Below, piece by piece: positions 1-8,636 of a DNA stretch of 36,782 bases. Below the pieces are notes generated by a model. That model was not told where the DNA came from, did not search any database, and worked only from the letters and a program-made list of their open reading frames with translations. A program made the translations under genes and the position numbers. The stretch's first letter is position 1, and each line of letters opens with the position of its first letter. This stretch comes from an uncultured Desulfobacteraceae bacterium (GTDB taxonomy: Bacteria; Desulfobacterota; Desulfobacteria; Desulfobacterales; SURF-15), in contig CAYSUA010000001.1 of the NCBI GenBank assembly GCA_964433795.1, forward strand, positions 1 through 36,782. The letters run 5' to 3'.

Positions 1-46
1 ACTTGAGGTTTCTGCATAACCGGATTCTTTTAAAAGGAGAGAGAGG

Positions 47-853
47 ATGAGAGTTGCGTTGACCATCGCTGGTTCCGACTCATCCGGAGGGGCCGGGATC
101 CAGGCTGATTTGAAAACCTTTCAAGCTCACGGCGTTTTCGGGATGAGCGCCATTACGGCGGTAACCGTTCAGAATACCCAAAAAGTCTATGACGTGCAGG
201 AAATCGACCCCAAGATTGTAAAGGAACAAATCCTCTGCCTTTTTGAAGATATAACGATCCACGCAGTGAAGATCGGAATGGTTTCCAGCATTCCACTGAT
301 TCAATCCATTGCGGAATCCTTAAGCGAAGTGACGACCCCGCCCGTTGTGGTCGATCCGGTCATGATTTCCAAAAGCGGATACCGGTTGTTGAATCAGGAT
401 GCCCAGGACGCTTTGATAGAGCATTTATTCCCACTTGCGGAGGTGGTGACGCCCAATATTTATGAAGCAGAGGTTTTGATTGGAGAGAAGATTGAAACAC
501 TGGAAGAAATGAAAGATGCGGCTCAAAAAATCCTTACCCTTGGTGCCGGAAAGGTTGTCGTAAAAGGCGGGCATCTCGGCGGAGAGCTGGCAACAGATGT
601 TCTCTATGACGGATCCGAATACAGAGAGCTGGAAAGCCGTCGGTTCGATACAAAGAATACCCATGGAACCGGATGCACCTTTTCATCTGCAATAGCTGCT
701 AATCTGGCACTCGGAAAAGAATTTTTTAATGCGGTAACCCTGGCGAAGCAGTATATCACCGGAGCAATTGAACATTCACTTCCCATCGGGAAAGGGCACG
801 GACCCACGAATCATTTCTATGATTTGTATGCAAAGGCCGGGGTTGTGGAATGA
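47..853 (+). CDS. thiD: Hydroxymethylpyrimidine/phosphomethylpyrimidine kinase
   Basis: 268-aa ORF with the N-terminal '[19 protein letters not shown]' and C-terminal '[14 protein letters not shown]' motifs typical of ThiD (ribokinase fold). A purine-rich RBS (aaggagagagagg) lies just upstream of the ATG. Confidence 0.93.
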   Translation: MRVALTIAGSDSSGGAGIQADLKTFQAHGVFGMSAITAVTVQNTQKVYDVQEIDPKIVKEQILCLFEDITIHAVKIGMVSSIPLIQSIAESLSEVTTPPVVVDPVMISKSGYRLLNQDAQDALIEHLFPLAEVVTPNIYEAEVLIGEKIETLEEMKDAAQKILTLGAGKVVVKGGHLGGELATDVLYDGSEYRELESRRFDTKNTHGTGCTFSSAIAANLALGKEFFNAVTLAKQYITGAIEHSLPIGKGHGPTNHFYDLYAKAGVVE

Positions 854-881
854 ACAAACAAGAGAGGAGGGCGAAATCATA

Positions 882-1382
882 ATGATGACAACCAATACTC
901 GTAGTGTGGCGTATGCGGTGGTTCTGGTGGCAATCGGAGTGTCCCTGGCGCCTTACACATCATTTCCGGTGGGTATTGCCAAGATCAATCCCACTCAACA
1001 TTTCGTCAACGTCGTTGGCGCGGTTATCCTGGGCCCGTTGTGGGCGACCGTCATTGCCGCCATCATCGGACTCATCCGAAACGTAATGGGTGTCGGGACG
1101 CTGCTGGCTTTCCCCGGAGGAATGATCGGTGCGTTTCTGGCCGGTGTATTGTATAAGCGGTTTCGCAATCTTTACCTCGGCGGAGTAGGGGAAGTCATCG
1201 GAACCGGCTTCATTGCACCGGTTGTAAGTGCGATGTTTGTCGCTCCGGTATTTATGGGCAGGGCCATTCCTCTTCTCGCTTTGGTACCATCCTTTCTCGG
1301 AAGCACCATTATCGGTGCGATAATCGGAGTTTTAGCCGTAAGACTGTTGGACCGTGCCGATATTATTCAATTGGAAGCCTGA
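882..1382 (+). CDS. thiW: ECF-transporter substrate-specific (S) component, ThiW-like (thiazole/thiamine-precursor uptake)
   Basis: Track ORF 768..1382 trimmed to ATG 882, which is preceded by agaggagg (863-870). The 768 start would overlap thiD by 86 nt. The product is 166 aa, Gly-rich and multi-TM ('VAYAVVLVAIGVSLAP', 'FPGGMIGAFLAGVLYKRF'), and the gene sits directly after thiD and before ECF A/T genes. Confidence 0.8.
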   Translation: MMTTNTRSVAYAVVLVAIGVSLAPYTSFPVGIAKINPTQHFVNVVGAVILGPLWATVIAAIIGLIRNVMGVGTLLAFPGGMIGAFLAGVLYKRFRNLYLGGVGEVIGTGFIAPVVSAMFVAPVFMGRAIPLLALVPSFLGSTIIGAIIGVLAVRLLDRADIIQLEA

Positions 1383-1404
1383 CCCGGATAAACCGGAATT
1401 GACT

Positions 1405-1605
1405 ATTGATTATTGAAAATTGATGGCCTCGTAAAAAGTCCGAAAAACGAGTTTTTTACGAAAGTGTTTAGTATTTGGTGTTTAGTGTTTAGCACACCAA
1501 CAAGCTGATATCACATGGTTTATTTTTCTCTAAATACTAAACACAATACACTAAATACTTGATGAATTCGACTTTTTACGAATTCATCAAAATTGAATAT
1601 TGAAT
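1405..1605. repeat. Long AT-rich imperfect palindrome (about 95-nt arms) in the thiW / ECF-ATPase intergenic gap
   Basis: The left end 'attgattattgaaaattgatggcctcgtaaaaagtc' matches the reverse complement of the right end 'gactttttacgaattcatcaaaattgaatattgaat'. The inner arms are built from 'gtgtttagt(a/g)ttt'-type units on the left and their complement 'ctaaatactaaacac' on the right. Confidence 0.75.
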
Positions 1606-1669
1606 GTATCCCTATATAGTTTTTTTGCCTCAAAATGCACAAAAATAATTACTACGGTACTAAGAGATT

Positions 1670-3322
1670 GTGAGTAACCCGTTTTTTCTCGAGACGGAAG
1701 CGCTGCGATACGCCTATCGTAAACAGGATGATTTCTGGGTCATCAACAATATCGATTTAGGTGTTCGCCAAGATGAATATTTGCTGATTTGCGGCGCCAG
1801 CGGGTCCGGCAAATCGACCCTGTGTCGAACCTTCAACGGGCTCATCCCCCATTTTTACGGCGGAAAGATCGACGGAGATATCCGGGTTGCGGGGAAAACT
1901 ACGCTGAACCAGTCTGTGGGCGATCTTTTCATGCATGTGGGAATGGTTTTCCAAAACCCTGAAACCCAACTCTTCAACAATACCGTCACTCGTGAGATTA
2001 CATTTGGGCTTGAGAGCCTGGGGTTATCTCGGTCAGAAATACAGACACGTGTCAATGGAGTAGCTGACAGCATAAAGATTAAAGATCTTCTCCAGAGAAA
2101 TCCGCATGAGTTGTCCGGTGGAGAACAGCAACTCGTTGCGATTGCAGCCATATTATCCCTGCATCCTCAAATCCTTGTTCTGGATGAACCCTACGCCAAC
2201 CTGGATCCAATAAACGTTCGACGTGTTCGTGAAGCCTTAAGGTCTATACTAAAACAGGGGATCGGAGTGATTGTCTGCGAGCACCGATTGCCATTGACGG
2301 TTGCCGATGCCCACCGCATGCTTGTTCTCAACCATGGCGGTATAGAGTTGGATGGACCGCCTACAACTCTTCTCAACCGGAGCCTTGAATCCTTTGGACT
2401 GGAACCACCCCTATCCGTAAAGGTGGGTGAAAGGATGGGCTTGACCCCGGTGCCGCTTGATATCGAAACATTGAAATCGAGAGTTTCCCATCAGTCCATC
2501 CCTTTAGATCTTAAGCCCGACTTTCCGGTGCTCCATTCTCATTCTGCAGGTACAAAAAGAATTCTTGAGGTAGAAAACATATCTTTTTCCCTGGATAATT
2601 GCTCAATCCTGAAAAAAATTTCATTTGCTCTGAACGAAGGGGAAAGCATTGCCATTGTCGGTGCCAACGGCACCGGAAAGACCGTATTACTCAAACATCT
2701 GAACGGGCTGTATCGCCCCATGACAGGAAACGTCCGCATCATGGGAAAGGATACCCGGGCTTTCAAGGTGTCCCGGCTGGCGAGGCATATCGGCATAGCC
2801 TTTCAAAACCCCAACAGCCAGTTCTTCAAACTCAATGTATGGGACGAGATCACCACAGGTGCAAAGGTTCTTGATTGCTTCGATGCGGAATGGCTTCAAG
2901 ATCTGATTAAACTGTTTCGGTTGGAACCGCTTTTGAAGCGGGCCCCGTTTCGACTCAGCGGGGGAGAGAAAAAGCGGGTGGCGTTTGCTGCTGCACTCGC
3001 CCCTAAGCCCATGATATTAGCTCTGGACGAACCCACAGCCGGACAGGATTGGTATTTTCGCCGTGCATTGGGCAGCCTCCTAAAAGAGCTTCGGGATCGT
3101 GGGCAAGCGATCATTTTGGTAACCCATGATTTGTCTTTCGCAGAACAGCACGCGCACCGGTGGCTGTTGATGGCAGAGGGGAGGATCGTGAAAGAAGGAA
3201 CCCCCTGGAACGTAATGTCTGATAAAACTGCAATGGAAAAAGCACACCTGGAACCCACGGACGCTTTTCGGTTGTTCGGTTATGAAAGTAGAAAAACTGA
3301 AAATGCAGAATCAATCCCTTGA
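1670..3322 (+). CDS. ECF transporter ATPase, fused double ABC domain (YkoD/EcfA1-EcfA2-like)
   Basis: GTG start. It has two Walker A motifs (GASGSGKST, GANGTGKT), two ABC signatures (LSGGEQQ, LSGGEKK) and two Walker B motifs (LVLDEP, LALDEP). Confidence 0.9.
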   Translation: MSNPFFLETEALRYAYRKQDDFWVINNIDLGVRQDEYLLICGASGSGKSTLCRTFNGLIPHFYGGKIDGDIRVAGKTTLNQSVGDLFMHVGMVFQNPETQLFNNTVTREITFGLESLGLSRSEIQTRVNGVADSIKIKDLLQRNPHELSGGEQQLVAIAAILSLHPQILVLDEPYANLDPINVRRVREALRSILKQGIGVIVCEHRLPLTVADAHRMLVLNHGGIELDGPPTTLLNRSLESFGLEPPLSVKVGERMGLTPVPLDIETLKSRVSHQSIPLDLKPDFPVLHSHSAGTKRILEVENISFSLDNCSILKKISFALNEGESIAIVGANGTGKTVLLKHLNGLYRPMTGNVRIMGKDTRAFKVSRLARHIGIAFQNPNSQFFKLNVWDEITTGAKVLDCFDAEWLQDLIKLFRLEPLLKRAPFRLSGGEKKRVAFAAALAPKPMILALDEPTAGQDWYFRRALGSLLKELRDRGQAIILVTHDLSFAEQHAHRWLLMAEGRIVKEGTPWNVMSDKTAMEKAHLEPTDAFRLFGYESRKTENAESIP

Positions 3323-3971
3323 TCCCCGGACAAAACTGCTGCTGGCGGTTATCTGGGCCATCGGCGTGGTTGCAACACACCGGATGCTTACATTGCTTGT
3401 TGCCCTGGGACTGGTGCTGGTGGGGGTCCTCGTCATGGGCAAAGGGAAAAGTTATGTACGATGGCTTCGTCTGGTGTTGCCCATGGCGATATTTTTTGGA
3501 GCAGTCATCTGGTGGTCTGTGGACCGCAATGCCGGATTTTTCGCTGCCTTGAAGTTGTTGGATCTTACCTCTGCTTTTTTTGTCTTTTTTTCCACAACCG
3601 TACCGGAGGATCTCGGAAACTCTCTGGTTAAAATAGGGTTGCCCTATCCCATCGCTTTTGTTTTGAGCACCTCCCTGCAGTTTGTGCCGATCATGGGCCG
3701 GAAGATTAAAAACGTGCTGGATGCCCAGCGTGCTCGGGGCATACCCCTCGAACCCGGCTGGGCTGCACTGAGACATTATCCGGCTTTTTTCGGTCCGATT
3801 CTCATCCAGTCGTTTCAAATGGCGGAAGAACTGGCTGAAGCCATGGAGACTAGGGGATTCGGCCGTTCCGGCAGAACTTTCCTTATTGAATACAGGATGG
3901 TTGTAAGAGATTGGTTGACACTGGCAGCAGCCGGCGCGCTGCTCCTTGCTTACTTGAAATACCTATCCTAG
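3282..3971 (+). CDS. ECF transporter transmembrane (T) component, EcfT/CbiQ/YkoC-like
   Basis: 229-aa multi-TM ORF overlapping the end of the ATPase gene. It carries the conserved Ala-Arg-Gly region 'LDAQRARGIPLE'. The start is uncertain (ATG 3282 or ATG 3303). Confidence 0.85.
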   Translation: MKVEKLKMQNQSLDPRTKLLLAVIWAIGVVATHRMLTLLVALGLVLVGVLVMGKGKSYVRWLRLVLPMAIFFGAVIWWSVDRNAGFFAALKLLDLTSAFFVFFSTTVPEDLGNSLVKIGLPYPIAFVLSTSLQFVPIMGRKIKNVLDAQRARGIPLEPGWAALRHYPAFFGPILIQSFQMAEELAEAMETRGFGRSGRTFLIEYRMVVRDWLTLAAAGALLLAYLKYLS

Positions 3972-3976
3972 CGATT

Positions 3977-5389
3977 CTACCATCCCCAGGTCAGGTACTG
4001 ATGAATGGAATCGGAAGCTTTTCTGCCTGCACCCATGGCCAATATAACAGTGGCCGCTCCGGTGACGATGTCTCCGCCGGCCCAAACCCCTTTCTTGGTG
4101 GATTTGCCGGTTTCAGGATCTGCCAGGATATATCCCCATTTATTCAGATCCATATCCGGAGTTGATTGGGTCAACAGGGGATTCGCACCGGATCCCACCG
4201 CCACAATGACCTGGTCGCTATCCAATCGAAACTCCGACCCTTTAATGGGAATCGGCCGACGGCGACCGGATGCATCCGGTTCGCCCAGTTCCATCCGAAG
4301 ACAATCCATGCCGGTTATCCGCCCATTTTCATTACCGATATACCGGATTGGATTGGTCAGGAGGTGAAATTCGATCCCTTCCTCTTCAGCATGATGGATC
4401 TCCGCGATCCTTGCAGGCATTTCTTCTCTGGAACGCCGATAAGCGATCCGTACTCGATCCGCACCGAGCCGTATGGCGGTTCTTGCGGAATCCATGGCCA
4501 CATTTCCGGCGCCGAGTACTACCACATCCTTACCCCGCGGGATGGGCGTGTCCACTTCAGGAAACTTATAGGCTTTCATCAGGTTCGCCCGGGTGAGGTA
4601 TTCATTGGCGGAGAGGATACCCACGAGATTTTCTCCGGGGATGTTTAGAAACCGTGGCAATCCGGCACCCACACCTAAATATACGGCATCAAATCCCTGC
4701 TCGAACAGTTCGTCCAGTGAGACGGTTCTACCCACCACCTGATTGCATTCGACAATTACTCCCAACCGTTGAAGAAAGTTGACTTCCTGGGCCACGATTT
4801 CTTTCGGGAGCCTGAATTCGGGAATACCGTATACAAGGACGCCGCCTGGTTTGTGAAATGCTTCCAGCACCGTTACATCATGTCCCTTAACGATGAGATC
4901 GCCCGCCACCGTCAAACCGGATGGCCCGGAGCCCACCACCACCACTCTTTTACCAGTTGAATCCGCCATAGGGGGAAGCTCACCCGTGCCGTAGGCTCGC
5001 TCATAATCCGCCGCAAATCGTTCCAGATTGCCGATGGCAACCGGATCGCCTTTTTTACCCAGAACACATAATCTTTCACACTGAATTTCCTGGGGGCAAA
5101 CCCTTCCGCAAACAGCTGGAAGCGAATTCTTTCCCCACAGGTTTCGAATCGCCCCGGTGAAATCACCTTTTGTGATCAAGTTTATAAAACCGGGTATGTC
5201 GACCTCCACCGGACACCCGGCCACACAGTTTGGTTTTTTGCACTGCAGGCACCGGCTGGCTTCTTCTTGTGCCAACTCCACAGTATAGCCGAGTGGGACT
5301 TCATCGAAATTATTGCGTCTGACGCCGGGATCTTGCTCCGGCATGGGGTGCCTGGGAGTTGCTGTCTTTTTACCGGTTTGTTGTGCCAT
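3977..5389 (-). CDS. nfnB: NADH-dependent reduced ferredoxin:NADP+ oxidoreductase large subunit (GltD / glutamate synthase small-chain-like)
   Basis: 470 aa with Cys clusters 'CLQCKKPNCVAGCP' and 'CGRVCPQEIQCERLC', plus two dinucleotide folds 'VVVVGSGPSGLTVAG' and 'VVVLGAGNVAMD'. The RBS aggagagg precedes the ATG. It is paired with a PyrK-like subunit immediately upstream. Confidence 0.85.
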   Translation of the reverse strand: MAQQTGKKTATPRHPMPEQDPGVRRNNFDEVPLGYTVELAQEEASRCLQCKKPNCVAGCPVEVDIPGFINLITKGDFTGAIRNLWGKNSLPAVCGRVCPQEIQCERLCVLGKKGDPVAIGNLERFAADYERAYGTGELPPMADSTGKRVVVVGSGPSGLTVAGDLIVKGHDVTVLEAFHKPGGVLVYGIPEFRLPKEIVAQEVNFLQRLGVIVECNQVVGRTVSLDELFEQGFDAVYLGVGAGLPRFLNIPGENLVGILSANEYLTRANLMKAYKFPEVDTPIPRGKDVVVLGAGNVAMDSARTAIRLGADRVRIAYRRSREEMPARIAEIHHAEEEGIEFHLLTNPIRYIGNENGRITGMDCLRMELGEPDASGRRRPIPIKGSEFRLDSDQVIVAVGSGANPLLTQSTPDMDLNKWGYILADPETGKSTKKGVWAGGDIVTGAATVILAMGAGRKASDSIHQYLTWGW

Positions 5390-5408
5390 TTTAGCCTCTC
5401 CTGCTTTA

Positions 5409-6242
5409 CTAAGAATCTCTTATGGTGCAGTACTCCTCATAGCAGTCTTTTTCTTGCTCAGCATACGCCTCTAATCTGAGCATCAATTCGTCATAGTCCA
5501 CTTGATGACCGTCAAATTCGGGTCCGTCCACACAGGCGAATTTCGTTTCTCCACCGACGGTCACCCGACATCCGCCGCACATGCCGGTTCCGTCCACCAT
5601 GATCGGGTTGAGGCTCACCAATGTTTTCACATTATAATCTTTGGTGACCAGGGATAGGAATTTCATCATGGGAACCGGTCCGATGCCCACCACCAGTTTT
5701 ACATCCTCTTTTTCCAGAACGGTTTTCAACACATCGGTGACAAACCCATGATGGCCGTAGGATCCGTCATCCGTGCACACATGAAGCTCATGGGAGACGG
5801 CGCGTATTTGATCTTCAAGAATCAGAAGATCCTTTGTTCTGGCACCGATAATACCGATCACGTGATTGCCTATATCTTTAAGACCTCGAGTGATGGGGTG
5901 TAACACCGCCACACCGGTACCACCGCCGACACACACCACGGTCCCCAGCTTTTCCAAGTGGGTCGGTTTTCCCAGGGGCCCGATCACATCCTTATACCCC
6001 TGGCCGACTTTCAGTGTTTTAAAAAGGGCGGTGGATTTTCCCACCACCATATAGATCACAGTGATGGTTCCTTTCTCAGGGTCTGTTTCGGCCATGGTCA
6101 AGGGTATCCTTTCACCGGTTTCATTGGCTTTCAAAATAACAAACTGGCCGGGCATGGCTTTTCGTGCGATCATCGGTGCTTCGATTTCATTTAAGATGAC
6201 CGTGCCTTGGGCCATTTCTTCCCGCCGAACGATTGTAAACAT
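5409..6242 (-). CDS. nfnA: NfnA / SudB-like small subunit (PyrK-like FAD, [2Fe-2S])
   Basis: 277 aa with a ferredoxin-reductase-type fold and a C-terminal cluster motif 'DGTGMCGGCRV...KFACVDGP'. It ends 19 nt upstream of nfnB on the same strand. Confidence 0.85.
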   Translation of the reverse strand: MFTIVRREEMAQGTVILNEIEAPMIARKAMPGQFVILKANETGERIPLTMAETDPEKGTITVIYMVVGKSTALFKTLKVGQGYKDVIGPLGKPTHLEKLGTVVCVGGGTGVAVLHPITRGLKDIGNHVIGIIGARTKDLLILEDQIRAVSHELHVCTDDGSYGHHGFVTDVLKTVLEKEDVKLVVGIGPVPMMKFLSLVTKDYNVKTLVSLNPIMVDGTGMCGGCRVTVGGETKFACVDGPEFDGHQVDYDELMLRLEAYAEQEKDCYEEYCTIRDS

Positions 6243-6424
6243 GCCTTCCTCCCATGAAAGTGTGGTGGAATTTATTAGACAAAAAAAGCGGGATAGCTCG
6301 ATCCCGCCATGTTTCGATAATATATTATAGAAGATTGTCTTATGGATTTCAATTCAAAAACTGTTGAGATTCTCCCATTCAGGTGTTAAACGGCAGGCGA
6401 TATTAACAATAGGGGATACACATA

Positions 6425-7216
6425 ATGAAATTGTTCGACAGCCATTGCCATCTGGATGATCGCTCTTATCAAAAGGATTTTGCTTCTGTATTGGATCGGG
6501 CAAGAACGGCAGGTGTGGAAAAGATCATGGTAGTGGGGACGACCGATAAAAGCTCTCACGAGGTGGTGTCCATTGCCGAAGCACATGAAAACCTCTATGC
6601 CTCCATCGGCATCCATCCCCACGATGCCAAAGACTGCTCGGAAGAGAAACTCCTGTCGGTTCGAACCCTGGCCGAAAGCAAAAAGGTTCGTGCTTGGGGT
6701 GAAATCGGACTCGATTTCAATCGAATGTATTCACCAAGGGCGGATCAGGAAAAATGGCTTGAGAGACAATTGGAAATTGCAGCAGATCTATATCTGCCTG
6801 TCATTTTCCACGAAAGGGACAGCAACGGCCGGTTGCTGGAAATATTGAATGCAGGTGCGGATAAGGAACGAAAAGGCGTTGTACATTGCTTTAGCGGAGA
6901 TAGAAATGAGCTAAAGCAGTATCTGGACCTTGGACTGAATATCGGCATTACCGGCATCTTGACCCACAATGAACGGGGGAAACCGCTGCGAGACCTTATA
7001 CAATATATTCCCCAAAACCGTATATTGATTGAAACCGATGCACCCTATCTCACACCGACTCCGGAAAGGAATAAATTTCGGAGAAACGAACCGGCCTTTG
7101 TCCGATCCGTGTTTTTAAAATTGGTTGAAGTGCTGGATGCGGACCCGGAGTCGCTGGCCGAAACGATCTGGGACAATACCTGCCGGTTATTTCATATTGA
7201 CAACCCATCCTTGTGA
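6425..7216 (+). CDS. tatD: TatD-family metal-dependent hydrolase (DNase)
   Basis: Motifs 'FDSHCHLDD', 'GEIGLDF', 'VIFHERD', 'VVHCFSG' and 'ETDAPYLTP'. Confidence 0.92.
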   Translation: MKLFDSHCHLDDRSYQKDFASVLDRARTAGVEKIMVVGTTDKSSHEVVSIAEAHENLYASIGIHPHDAKDCSEEKLLSVRTLAESKKVRAWGEIGLDFNRMYSPRADQEKWLERQLEIAADLYLPVIFHERDSNGRLLEILNAGADKERKGVVHCFSGDRNELKQYLDLGLNIGITGILTHNERGKPLRDLIQYIPQNRILIETDAPYLTPTPERNKFRRNEPAFVRSVFLKLVEVLDADPESLAETIWDNTCRLFHIDNPSL

Positions 7217-7284
7217 TCTACTGTAACATAAAGGCCATTAGCTGAAAGCTGAATGCTCAAAGCATTATAGAAAGGAGATTTACC

Positions 7285-7737
7285 ATGAAAATCAGAATAC
7301 ATTGGCTGGGTTTTGCGACCCTGTTGGTTTTTCTTACAGCCGGCATGGCTGGTGCGCATTGTGAAATTCCCTGCGGTATCTACGATGACGGCATGCGTCT
7401 GGACCAGATTGCCGAGCACATCAAGACTATTGAAAAGTCCATGAATAAAATCAATTCGCTCGGTAAAGAAAATCCCGTCAACTATAATCAGTTGATTCGA
7501 TGGGTATCGAACAAAGAGACCCATGCGAAAGAGATTCAACACATTGTCACCCAGTATTTTATGACCCAGAGGATCAAGCCGGATGCAAAGAAATATGATG
7601 AAAAGCTGAAGGCGCTGCATCACATGCTGGTATATGCCATGAAATGCAAGCAGACCACCGACACCGCAAACACCGAAAAACTCAAAGCCCTTTTAAAAGA
7701 ATTCGAAATCCTGTATCACGGGCATAGTGATCGATAG
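7285..7737 (+). CDS. sodN: Nickel superoxide dismutase precursor (NiSOD) with N-terminal signal-peptide-like pro-sequence
   Basis: The Ni-hook motif 'HCEIPCGIYDD' (compare Streptomyces 'HCDLPCGVYDP') starts at codon 25 (His codon 7357-7359). It is followed by a roughly 120-aa helical body of the right length. The RBS aaaggag lies upstream. Confidence 0.88.
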   Translation: MKIRIHWLGFATLLVFLTAGMAGAHCEIPCGIYDDGMRLDQIAEHIKTIEKSMNKINSLGKENPVNYNQLIRWVSNKETHAKEIQHIVTQYFMTQRIKPDAKKYDEKLKALHHMLVYAMKCKQTTDTANTEKLKALLKEFEILYHGHSDR

Positions 7738-7839
7738 CGTTGAATTTACATAGTAATTTTGATGACGTGGGATTATAAGATTCGGAATATACGGTTAACC
7801 ATTTTTTGAATAATGATCCAGTTTTGTAATTTGACTTAA

Positions 7840-8358
7840 ATGCCATTCCAGTACACAAATAAAAGACATACAACCCACTTCCTTCATGAAGGGATAACGA
7901 AAAAGGGAAATCCCAAATATTATTTCTCCACCAGGACAGGCGGTAAATTGCTGGATAAAATACCCAAAGGATATGAAGTGTATGAACACCCCGCCAACGG
8001 GCAAGTTTTTTTGCGCAAAATACAACCTAAACGCATTACAGATACAGAAAAGAATATTGTAGACAAGAGCCTTGAACGCTTAAACAGACCAAGGCGCTAT
8101 ATTTGTGATATAAAGAAGAGAATTATTACTATTTACGAGTCCAACCAGGATATTGATAGATTAAAAGAGTTGTTCGGTGATTTGGCGGGAAGTGGTTTAT
8201 CCGAGGATGAGTCAGCCCTAATGGCTGTCATTGACAAAGCAGTCAATTATTCTCCTGTAATGCGGTTTATTCTTGAAGACGATGAAAAAAGAACTTTTAT
8301 TGCAGAGCGGTTTTGTTTTCTTGGTTCTATCGATGACTGGACTTATAGAGGGTCCTGA
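7840..8358 (+). CDS. Hypothetical protein (no family recognised)
   Basis: 172-aa ORF in an AT-rich stretch with no recognisable motifs. Coding status is judged only from length and a lack of competing ORFs. Confidence 0.5.
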   Translation: MPFQYTNKRHTTHFLHEGITKKGNPKYYFSTRTGGKLLDKIPKGYEVYEHPANGQVFLRKIQPKRITDTEKNIVDKSLERLNRPRRYICDIKKRIITIYESNQDIDRLKELFGDLAGSGLSEDESALMAVIDKAVNYSPVMRFILEDDEKRTFIAERFCFLGSIDDWTYRGS

Positions 8359-8636
8359 TTCTCTTAAGAAGCTTGTTGGTGAGTATATTGGGCACTTGGG
8401 AAAGGATTCACTATATGAGATTTATTGAGTGTTGTGAGTTTATTCCCTTATTGGCAAATAATTTTATTAAATTAGGCGGTGGATTTGGGTTTTATTACGA
8501 TATTTTCTTTCTTGATCATCGGTGTTATCTTTACGTTTTATCTCAATAGGTCTGTGCTTGAGTAATGTTTGGCTTTCTGGGAAAGTTCCCAACTTTAGGA
8601 GTTCATTCTTTCGCTGACTGTGACTGGGAGGAGATC

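Noticed and set aside
1-46. A possible 3' end of a TPP riboswitch upstream of thiD.
   Set aside because: Only 46 nt are visible, and they do not contain the conserved THI-box 3' segment. This cannot be called from the window.
768-881. The long N-terminal extension of the thiW ORF (start 768) and the similar upstream extensions of the mscK-like (8565), URO-D (14392), aminotransferase (16476) and pspF (28745) ORFs.
   Set aside because: In each case an internal ATG has a good Shine-Dalgarno sequence or an ATGA/TGATG coupling overlap. The extension would either overlap the preceding gene or promoter, or encode non-homologous sequence.
8320-8430. The +1 frame after 'SIDDW' of the 172-aa hypothetical stays open for about 29 codons (…GPDSLKKLVGEYIGHLGKDSLYEIY), hinting at a frameshifted longer protein.
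   Set aside because: An open stretch of that length is common by chance (roughly a 1-in-4 probability). There is no homopolymer or slippery site at the junction, and I recognise no homologue to anchor it.
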